Origin: Camelus ferus
Lineage: Eukaryota
DNA length: 64,000 nucleotides
Direction of reading: 5' to 3'
Assembly (NCBI RefSeq): GCF_009834535.1
Contig: NC_045697.1
Span: 38,256,001-38,320,000 of the forward strand
The notes under the pieces were generated by a model. That model made no database searches, was not told the DNA's origin, and saw only the letters and a list, made by a program, of their open reading frames with translations. Below are positions 53,836 through 64,000 of this stretch, one piece after another (position 1 is the stretch's first letter; every line of letters starts with the position of its first letter). The position numbers and the translations under genes are program-made.

Positions 53836-56731
53836 GTATGTTTTTCTGAGTTCTTTGACCTCTGTTCAGAAAGCATCTTTCATTTTATAACATAGTATGA
53901 TGTCTTTTAAGGTGATCTAAACTTGTTCTTAACCCAGTGGGTCTCCACATAACCAATAATTATCTAAAGTGTATTGTCCAACCATCCATTCTCCACTCCT
54001 CCCTCTCAGACTACTAAAAATAAGTACATAGCTAAGCTTGTTTCATTGTCTGTGCTTTGTTTTGAACTACAATTATGTTTGTTCACAAGCTACACAAACT
54101 AGAGTGAAATAACCTTGACCCTGTATGTTTCTTTATTTAGGTTTGGTATCCTTAGTATACACTAGCATGGATTTTAAAGTGGTGTGTTGTATGAGTAGTT
54201 TTTTCAAAAATCATTGTTTTGGTAAAACCTGGTTCAAAATCACATAACTATAACCAGAGTGAACCTTCCTTGGGTAGGACTCACAAATCAATGAAGAGTC
54301 ACCAGCTGAGGCAGCCATACTGGCCCTTTGAAGCTACGGTTTGAATCTTGTGGCTCAAGTAATAGGAATGATGGTGAGTTACACACCTTATTTTCAGGAA
54401 TTTAAAGAATGAGACGTAAGAATATAATCTTCCACCTTTCACCTAAGTAACACTCGAACTTCAAGGAAGTTGCATCATGTGATGATCGTGATAAAGGACC
54501 ACCTTTATTCCTGACCGTTCAAGGCTTTTCACAGCAATACCCCTTTTTAAAAGAAATCAAGTAGAGTTCCTGGGGTTAAACTGGGTGCTTCTCTCTTCAG
54601 CCTCTCTGACGCTGCCCCTGATCTTCCTCTGCAACCCAGAGGCACCCCCAGAACTCTAGGGAATGCTTTGTACCACATCTGCTTATCCTGTTGATGGGGC
54701 TGATAGCAAGGCTTACGATGCTGTCACTACAGGTGCCCTTTGATTTAACTCTACATGTCTTATACATTTATTTAAAAGGCACAGAGAAATGAAACTGCCT
54801 TTGTAGAGCAGTCTGATAAAAGTCTGATTTTATCCTTACCCTGGTACAAACCTCTGAGGAACTAAAAGCTGGACAAAATGAGAGGCAGTTTTGTCAAATG
54901 CAAAAAAATTTTTTAATGAAGCAAAAACAACTTTAGGAGAGTCCTGCATATCTGTAGAGTTCAGATTTCTTCCAAGTATAGAGAATTCCAAGTGTAGATC
55001 CTTTTCTTTAAGTATTTTAGGCAAACTGGGTCTTGACTTTCTCCCTAAAGAGCACCCAATTTTTACAAAAATGTGAGATATGGAAAACAGGGTCCAACAG
55101 GTGCTTTAAGTGTGGGTGCATATGCATTTGGAAAGAACATTAAAATGAGATTTTTTTTTAAAAACCACTTTAACAACTTATTTAATAAATAATTTCTGTT
55201 ATCATGGGAAAGATCAAGAGCAGAGATTTTCTGTTTAAGAGAAAATACTTTCAGGGCTTTTTAGAAACTCGCCTTTCTTAAAAAGCCTTTTTCTCTTCAG
55301 TAGTTTCACACTTGTAACCCATTGACTTGTGTAATTCACTCACATTGCTAAATGCTCATTTGAATGCTTTCTTCACAGCTGATGCCTCATTGCTGACTTG
55401 CTTAATGGATTTTTTTTTCATTTTATGCAGGCACCTTGGTGTGTGTACGCTATAAATGGATATAAAACATAAAATTTTTATACGTAGCCTAACAGCCATT
55501 TAGCATCACACATTGATTTGTGTGAGTGTTGCCACTGGAGCACTCAGCCTCTTTTATGGCATTTTGGGAAGTATTCCCAGGGAAGAGATCATTTCCCATC
55601 AAGTTTCGTATTAGTTGCCAAGACTCTTAGATTTCCTTATAAGCACTAATGCAATTACCTTTTCATTGTTAATGCAGGTTTTTAATCTTTTGACACTTCA
55701 GTTCTGCTTATTGAGCTATAAATTAGTTAGTACATCCATGCTTCTGTAATATGATTGTACCTTAGGTCAAGTCTCCATCCCTAAATTATCCCGGTCTTCA
55801 CAATGGAAGTCTGATGTAACTTCCCTTGTCTCTATGGTCTTTATTTGCATTTTATTTCCCCTAAATAACACTTTAAATTAATTGAATATGTTATTAGTCT
55901 TCTGTAGAACATTAAGGACCGGTTTTTTAATTCCTTGGATATGAAGAAAATTATGTGTCTATATGTCTTCATTTTTTATATAGCAGTCAAGTAGTTCTGC
56001 ATTTAAGGGGGAATATCAGGGCTTGAGATTACCTCTGTAATGTGGCTTAAGAGACATGTAGAGAATATAATGCAGTTCTCTCACGTCAGCTGAACTAATT
56101 TTTCATTTGAAAGGACCTTCAGGCCACTAGGATTTTTGACTTTTAAGACACCTTTAATCATTCTATATTTTCAGAATTGAAAACAGGAGCAGTCCCTACT
56201 TTCCACCTCATTTGTTCTAGGAAACCACACAAGGATATAGACTATTTTTTTCTCATGTGTTACAATGAAAAGATATATATTTTATCAAGGAATTAATATC
56301 AAATCACAGTTATGAATAATAGCACATTGTTAAAGACAAAGTGTAACTCTAAAACCCTGTAGGCAACTTAAAAAGAAAAATTAGATCCAAATCAAAACTG
56401 GAGACCACTGTCGTCTTATAAACTAGGAACCTGAGACACAGCCATTAAGTAGACATCCTATACCTTCACTCATACACCTAAGGGACATAGAAAGGAAATT
56501 AGCAGAACACTGTGTTTTTTTATCCAGCTTTTTGGGGGAGATAAACAAAGTTTTTGCTATAAATTTAATTCTCTGAACCATTCTCCGCAAGTCACTTAGC
56601 TGATTTTTAAAGGTGATTTTTCTTTTTCAAGAACAGCTTTAACTTCTTTTTGTTTTATTGAAATGTCAATTTTACCATAATAAAAAGGGGGTGTGATCAA
56701 AAACAATATCTTTTATATATTTTTATTTCAG

Positions 56732-56891
56732 GAAAACCCTGAATTTGATTTACATTTTGAAAAAATATATAAATGGGTTGCCAGCAGCACTGCTGAAAAG
56801 AATGCATTTATTTCATGCATTTGGAAATTGAATCAACGATATCTCCGGAAGAAAATTGATTTTGTCAATGTTAGCTCACAACTTTTGGAAG
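56732..56891 (+). CDS. EXOC1: EXOC1 coding exon 3 (160 nt)
   Basis: [11 protein letters not shown]...SSQLLE; tttcAG acceptor, AAG|GTAAAG donor. Confidence 0.97.
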
Positions 56892-57399
56892 GTAAAGTTA
56901 AAATGTACATGTAAAGTCAACTGTATGTATAAGTGAATATATAATTTGGCATTGTTTAAAGTAATTAAAGCTCTGAATTATCTTTTTTGTAAAGGAATTA
57001 TAAAATAATTTTTCTTATCACCTAAGTAATGCTTGTTTATTATAGACAATTGATGCATAAATTAAGTGAAAATCGCTTATAAACTAATCCTCCGAGGTAA
57101 CTACTGTTAACATTTTGTTAGGTATTATTTAGTCTTTTTTCTATGCATATTGAAGTACTTTTTGTAAATAAAGAAATTTACATTGTTTCCTAACATATTT
57201 TTTCATATAATGTATCATGAACATTTTCCATGTTATTAAATACTTACCCCAACATTACTTTTAATGGCACCATAGTATTCCATTGTACTGGATATGCTAT
57301 AATTTATTCAACTAATCATTTGTTTTTAATTTTCCAATCTTTGCTTATTTTAAACAATTCTGAGATGAATATCCTTGTAAGTGTATTTTTGTGTAGAGT

Positions 57400-57645
57400 G
57401 TAGGTGTAGTGGTTAAGAACACAACTCTGGAGTCAGACAGCCTGGGTTTAAATCCTGGCTTTGTCACTTACTAGCTATATGACCTTGGCTTACTCTGTGT
57501 TTCAGTTTCTCTTATCTCAGAAATAGAGATCATAATAATGTCAACTACATAGGATTGTTGTGAGCATTAAATTACTTAATAAATGAATACGATGAGAACA
57601 AAGCCATATATAGTAAGTACTCAGATATTAGCTGTTATTATTCTA
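57400..57645 (+). mobile_element. MIR SINE
   Basis: gtgtagtggttaagaac ... ctgggtttaaatcctggctttgtcacttactagct ... cagtttct. Confidence 0.8.
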
Positions 57646-59781
57646 TTATCAGGATAAAGTCCTTAGACATGAAATTAACTAGAGTATTTTTGATCAGTAT
57701 ATTTTCAGGATATTACTAGGGATTATTTTGTGTTACAAGACAAACACTACTGTTAATTATTGAAACTGTACAATGAGATTTTTTTCTTTTAAAATTTCTT
57801 TTACAAAGACATACACACTGTAAGCCTGTGTGCCTTATGAATGCACTTTGTGTTATACTCCTTATCTCCAAGAAGGCAATCGAAGTAACAGCGGGTGGAC
57901 AGCAGAGTTATTACTCCTCTTTATTGAGGGAAAAAACAGAGATTTGTCCTAAATTATATATTAGAAAGAAAACTTAGATTTGTCCTAAGTTGTGTATCAG
58001 CATTGAAAAAATAGAAGCTTCTGTTCTGTCAGGTTGAAACATCTGAAACTGCCAATGTTCAACCATTTTGACCTATAAAAATGACAATTTCAGATGCTTC
58101 AAACTATTCCTTGACTTAGTCACTTGCCTCTGTCCTTTCTCTATTTTGTTTTACTTATTCCTTTGCTGCTTGGCCATGCATCTTTCTCTCCTTAAATGTG
58201 GTGTTCTTTTCTATCACTTATTAATCAGTGAGCCCACTACTGGTTTCAGGCTTGATGCTTGGAACCGGCAGAGGCAAGTCACATCTGTCATGCCCTGTGC
58301 TCATCCCCAAAGTGGGGCTGGCCTTGTGTCAGAGCCCTCAGGGTTGCCATCTCACCAGCGTGATACCCCAGTGTCTTGGTGCTGGAGTATGTTAAGAGAA
58401 TGACCTTTAAGAAATTTATGGTAATTTTCCATGCGTTGAAGAGTGGCTTACTCAGTTCTGAGTAGCTTTTATTTTTTTACCATTCAGTGTTGAACATTCT
58501 GATCAGTGAATGATTCATAAACTTTCTGGTCTGTTTTCAAATATTATGTATTTCCAGATGTTACTTACTGCCTAAATTGTATTTTAAACCATTGTTTCAT
58601 TCAGTCAACAATATGGGAAAATACATACCCTACCTGTATTTATCACATTAAGGAATATTACCAAAATCAATGAGAAGAATACTGCTGTTTTTTGATAATG
58701 AAGTGACCAGCTTTGAGGGGGAAAATGACATTTAATTTTTCAGGGCCTAAAGAGAGTTGTAGACATTTTTATTTTTATAAATATTAACCCAATTGAGATC
58801 AGTTTTAAGGATATTGAGAAGATCCTTAAGGATCTCATTTTGAAAATCACTTTCTATAAAGCAGTAACTGTTGCTTTGGTTTAATGGAGTTCAGAGTGTA
58901 CCTTTATTAATGTCTACAAATTTGTTTAATATTTTCCTGGATTTTAAAATCATGGCTGCTGATTCCCATTTTTTAAAACATGTCTCTAAGCTTTGGGTTA
59001 TGTTAGAAAACAAACAAGAAATTATCACCATCTCCTTTTAAGAGCTAAGTAATCATTCAAGTAAGTAAAACTGTTCATTGGGAATGTTAGCAATGTCAAC
59101 GTGCGTAGTTTTTATTGATGACAATTGAATGTTTGTGCTGATAATCAGGGCTTTTTGGCAGAATAAGGTTTTTAAAGCAGGACTTTGTTAGCAGTTGAAG
59201 TAGAGTGAAGTTTTTGTTTGGCCATGTCTTTTTTATTCTTGCAGCCAGATTTCAAAAAACCTTTGACTTGAGTCTTTAAAAGTCAGCTTCAACTGATATC
59301 TTGTGTGTGTGGTTTTTTTTTAAATTGTTTCAGTCTTGTCCTTTCTAACAATATTTTATGACTAATCCATTGTGAGGGAGTGTCCAATAAAGGTTTTGGG
59401 CCTTGAGCAAAAATAACTAGACTAAATGCATGAGTCACAACTGACCTAAAAATAATACCCAGGAAGTGATCTGTTTCCCAGTTTTCTCCTCCAAGGACTC
59501 ATCAGAACTGTTTCTTAAAAGACTAAGAGAAAAGAGAAAAATAAATGTATTTTTAGTCACTGTCAGAAAATGAACAAGAAAAATGAACTCTGGAAATTTA
59601 GCTTCTTATGGATATTCCCACTTTGTAGTTATTTTTGACATTGTCTCTTAAACATTAATTTAGCATGAAGTTCAAATGAAATACAGGTAGTATTTTAAAA
59701 TTTAAACCTGTATACATTTCTACCCAGCTAATATTCTTTGCTTACTTTCCTCTGCTTTTTTCATACCTTTTTACTCTCCAG

Positions 59782-59802
59782 AACTGCCTAAAGTTACAGA
59801 AG
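59782..59802 (+). CDS. EXOC1: Putative alternative 21-nt EXOC1 microexon (adds ELPKVTE)
   Basis: Branch-like CTAAT at 59728, long pyrimidine tract, ccAG acceptor, AAG|GTGCGT donor; phase 1-1, frame-preserving, no stop. Confidence 0.75.
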
Positions 59803-61313
59803 GTGCGTAACACCTTTTCTTCTTATTCTATTCCATATATTTTTATTACTTGCCATTGTTATGTATTGTTGGTTGCATATTTTATGAAATTGTGTACAGG
59901 GAAAAGTTTATTACTACAAAATCCATATGGTCATAAAAATTAATGATAGTATTCATGATTGGCTTCCTACGGACTGTTTTGTGGAAGAGCAAATACTTCT
60001 GAAGCAGTTACGATCATTGAAATATTTGTTTATTTTAAATATTTACTTGTGTGAGGAGCTGTACCGAATGATTTGGGCATTTCCTGCCCTCTAGTGACTA
60101 AGAAGCTGTCACACACGACAGTTTAACATGTCCACAGTGACTCTTTCAAAGGACAAGGAGCACAGAGATTCCTCTCTAAAGAACTTATATTTATATACTG
60201 TCATTTATAATTGCCTCTACCGAAAGTTTTAGCCCCCCTCCTTTTTTTCCTGTGATGTTATCTAAATCTGCCTAATCATCATTTGTAAGAGTAAGCATTT
60301 GTTATTTAAATTGGGTGGTTTTTGTTCTAGGACAAATTAACATATGTCAAGTCATGCTGAGTGTAACTATCCATTTTCATCCAAAATAATGAATATTTAA
60401 AACATCCAAAGTTTGTGACTTAAATCGTGTCCCATAAGCTGATGAAAATCAGTAACTTTATTTCAAAGTTTATTTAAGGGTAAAATTAGTTTTTTCATTT
60501 TACCTCTCTTAACTTCAGGATTTATAAGATCCCACATGCTGAGTGTATTCTCTCAAAAAATTGAAATGAAACACTTATCCAGAAAGCATCTCAAATTTGA
60601 CCCCTTGGTCTTTTGTTACAAAGCAGGAAGACCATTTAAATTTTTGTAATTTCAAACAGCCATGTTGTTGTTGCACTTCTTAGTATACAGTTACTGAGAA
60701 GTTTCGGTTAACTTTTATTAATGCATGTGAAAAATTTTTAAACAAAAAAATGGAAAATCCAGTTAATATTTTCAGTGCCCAAAATAAATTGTGAATTGCA
60801 GGTGCATTTTTTATTTCAATTAAAAGTTATTTGGGGAAAAAACCCAAAATGTAACAAAGACAAAAAGAACAAAAATAACAAGAAAATGTTACCTGGAAAA
60901 AAAAGGAAAGCACATTGTTTTTCATGTGTCCTAAATTCATAATCATTGTTTTGTTAGAGCAACAACCATCTCAGGTAGGAAAAAAAAAAAAGATTAGGCT
61001 TGCTTCCATATGTTTTGTTTCTCGTTTTATATTTGTTTTATAGTTTAATTATGTTTTTGGAAATTGTGACTAAAGCCTATTTTAACACAAGTCAATGAGT
61101 TAGACTGCATGCTTTTTATTTGTTATAATAAACGTTATGTTAACACATGCAGTTCTTCATAAAAATAAGTTTTCTTCATCTATTTTGAATCATTCTTTCC
61201 AATTTTTCAGCCACTAAATGTGACCTGTGCTTAAAACTGACCTTACCTGTAAGTGCCATGCCAGTGTCCTTCCCACTTTTTTACTACTTTATTTTAAATT
61301 TTTACCCTCTAAG

Positions 61314-61501
61314 AATCTGTTCCAAGTGGAGAAAATCAGAGTGTGACAGGAGGCGATGAAGAAGCAGTGGATGAGTACCAAGAGTTAAATGCAAGAGAAG
61401 AGCAGGATATTGAAATAATGATGGAGGGCTGTGAATATGCAATTTCTAATGCCGAGGCCTTTGCAGAACGATTGTCCAGAGAGCTGCAGGTGCTCGATGG
61501 G
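61314..61501 (+). CDS. EXOC1: EXOC1 coding exon (188 nt)
   Basis: [17 protein letters not shown]...LQVLDG; acceptor ctaAG, donor GGG|GTAAGC; phases match the neighbouring exons. Confidence 0.95.
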
Positions 61502-63306
61502 GTAAGCCTTTCTTGTAATCTACGATTACTGATATGCAGTGGATTGAGGAGACTGGTGATGTTCACATTTTACTGCCTTAGCACTTAAGCCCATGCAGTG
61601 TGATTATTTCTGTCCTTCTCTGGTAGTGCATTACCAGCTGCTGTCAGTCTTTCACTGTTCTTATTCAAAAGACAGAACCATTCCTATTAAGCCAATGAAA
61701 GCAGATGGCAGAGGGTTCTGGATTTGGGGAGGTTCTTGATATGAAATGATGGAGGTGAAAGTAGCCAACCTGAAACCAACTTGGGGGTGGATTCCCGCAG
61801 CCTCTGAAACACCTCAGAATAGTTCAGTGCAAAAGAATAGCATTTTTGTGGTTTGAAAAAAAGATAGATACAAGTTAGAAAGAGAGAAATTGGGCTGAAA
61901 TTAGTGAATACCCATAGAGAGCAGAATAGTGTGGTGAAAACAGGAGAGCCAAGGGAAGAAGAATGTTTGACTCCTCTGCTAAAATGTTTTGGAATGGGTC
62001 CTTTTCATTTGTACACACGTTTCTGAGTCTGTATCGAATTCTTTAGAAAGTAAAAAACACAAGTAGCACTCCGTTTGTAAGAAACATCTAAAATGAGAAC
62101 ATTTGGGTGGCTTTGTTTTGTTTAGACAAGGTAAGCATTTAAGAAAAGCCCTCAGGGAATAAGGAATATTTGCATTTTATACGAAGGATACAGTAGTTAT
62201 GAGGTTGAACTCAGGTCCAGAGGTTACATGAATAGTCCAAGCTTCCAGGTTTATAAAACTTTCTGGAAGTAAAGCCTAGAAGAGACTTTAAGGCATTAAA
62301 GTGGAAATTGTCCTGAGTCGGTTCAGGCCCCAGCTCTCCTGCTTAAGATGTCAGTTGGTCTGAGCCCTGCTGACTTTACAGCTGGGCTGCTCTTACAGTT
62401 GTGTTATTATGAATGTATATAAAATAACACGTGTGAAATTACAGCATCACCCGTACAATGATATCCTTTTAATTCCTTGTCCAGATTTTTTCCTCATATC
62501 ATGTTATCTGCCTTCCTAATGTGCCTTAGTGGTTTGCATTTTCTTTTCTAGTTGATACTGCATATGTGTTCCAAGTCATCATATTGCTTTGCAGTTTAAT
62601 TTTGGATTTGAAAGCTTCCATATTTCAGGAAATTCAGAATCAATAGTCTAAATCATTTAGAAAACATTAATAAGGGATGGTGGTCTGTTACTGCTTTGCC
62701 TGAGGGGAAAATAGTAATCTCAAATGAAAGAGAAAAGAAAAAATACCTTAGAAGGAGCGATCTTATGGCCATTTGCTCTTCCACGTCCTATTAGTACAGA
62801 TCATACCGCAGTTATCAATTAGTTCCATGTATCCTTCCGAGACTGGCATACTGCTGCTACTCTCTTGACTAAGGTATTAATATAGATGATTATGCTTTTA
62901 TTTAGGGTTTTACATAAATATTACAAAGCATAGAAAAATTTTATAGCTGATAGAATTGGAAGAAGTGTCAGAGATGACATAGTCTAAAGCCACTCCATTA
63001 CAGAAATGAGAGTATACCGTCACTGATGACACACTGTGGGGCAGAAATCTACTTGTTCAGGCCCCAGAAGTATACAGCACTGAGGCATGGTCCCTAAGCC
63101 TTGATATAGAAGAAGGTGTACCTTCTTGAAATACAGTGTAAAAAGTAGAATGTAAACACAAAGTGATAAATTAAAGTAGATGTGTAGATGTATATATCAG
63201 CCTTTGTTATCTTTGTCAAAGAGCTTTATCGGTAGTTCACCTTTGTACTTCTTTTATATATTTGCATAATACGGAGCATTACTTTTTTTTTTTTTTAACT
63301 TTGTAG

Positions 63307-63534
63307 GCCAACATCCAGTCAATCATGGCCTCTGAAAAGCAGGTGAACATCCTGATGAAGTTGCTGGATGAGGCGCTGAAGGAGGTGGATCAGATTGAAT
63401 TGAAACTGAGCAGTTACGAGGAAATGCTCCAAAGTGTAAAAGAACAAATGGATCAGATCTCTGAAAGCAACCACCTGATTCATCTCAGTAACACTAATAA
63501 TGTAAAACTCCTGTCTGAGATAGAGTTCCTTGTG
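63307..63534 (+). CDS. EXOC1: EXOC1 coding exon (228 nt), coiled-coil region
   Basis: [13 protein letters not shown]...EIEFLV; tgtAG acceptor, GTG|GTAAGT donor. Confidence 0.97.
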
Positions 63535-63745
63535 GTAAGTGTGATTATAAATTACCAGCAACAACAACAACAAAAAGGCCTAATGAGAATATATAAAACC
63601 CATTTGTAAACATTTTCTAATTTCCTGAGGAGAGCAAGATATAAAATACTGTAAATCCAAAGACCTAGTCGTAGGATTGAGTAGCATCTTGCCTGTAAAT
63701 TTCCCAAGATTATACATGCAAATGGTGTATTTATACATATTCCAG

Positions 63746-63878
63746 AACCACCTGGACTTGGCCAAAGGTCATATAAAGGCCCTTCAGGAAGGAGATCTTG
63801 CTTCTTCCAGGGGCATTGAGGCCTGCACCAATGCCGCAGATGCCCTTCTGCAGTGCATGAATGTGGCTCTTCGACCAG
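63746..63878 (+). CDS. EXOC1: EXOC1 coding exon (133 nt); the gene continues beyond the window
   Basis: [17 protein letters not shown]...VALRP; tccAG acceptor, CAG|GTATGT donor. Confidence 0.96.
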
Positions 63879-64000
63879 GTATGTTCATTAGCGACAATAA
63901 AACCTGCCCAAGAACCCTAGACTAAAGCCTATGACATAGTATAAAGCTTTTGACAAGACATACATGGGGCAAGTGGTTTAGGGTTACTTTATCAGCTATT

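Noticed and set aside
57940..58000. Two ~25-bp copies with 36-bp period (agatttgtcctaa...)
   Set aside because: A diverged small tandem duplication with only two units; not CRISPR-like and of no evident function.
63535..63609. PolyQ extension (YQQQQQQK) of an EXOC1 exon
   Set aside because: It lies after a consensus GTAAGT donor; it is an intronic (CAA)n tract.
1..64000. Remaining short ORFs in the track; CRISPR arrays, rRNA or prokaryote-type systems
   Set aside because: The short ORFs fall in repeats or introns, or are antisense shadows of exons. I saw no repeat-spacer arrays, operons or rRNA.

Overview
Mammalian (eutherian) genomic DNA, probably camelid: it has a camelid-type tRNA-derived SINE, and I recognised no Alu, B1, Bov-tA or PRE1 elements. 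Two + strand genes of the exocyst Sec3 family lie in tandem. EXOC1L is complete, with three coding exons (16115-30145, 172 aa, essentially a stand-alone Sec3-type PH domain). The 5' part of EXOC1 follows: a CpG-island promoter at ~48.4-49.0 kb and coding exons from 52865 to 63878, continuing past the window. The rest is transposon-derived: a 5'-truncated young L1, older L1M fragments, an ancient ERVL provirus remnant, solo LTRs, MER20 and MIR/L2. I found no new multi-gene system. The most notable observations are: (1) EXOC1L is a partial duplicate of EXOC1 with matching intron positions, but it lacks the basic lipid-binding loop and has a hydrophobic Cys-rich tail; (2) a 21-nt frame-preserving microexon in EXOC1 (59782-59802) that the ORF track misses; (3) a 120-bp inverted local duplication and other template-switch-like scars. 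Repeat family names come from recalled consensus sequences, and repeat boundaries are approximate unless a target-site duplication (TSD) is given.
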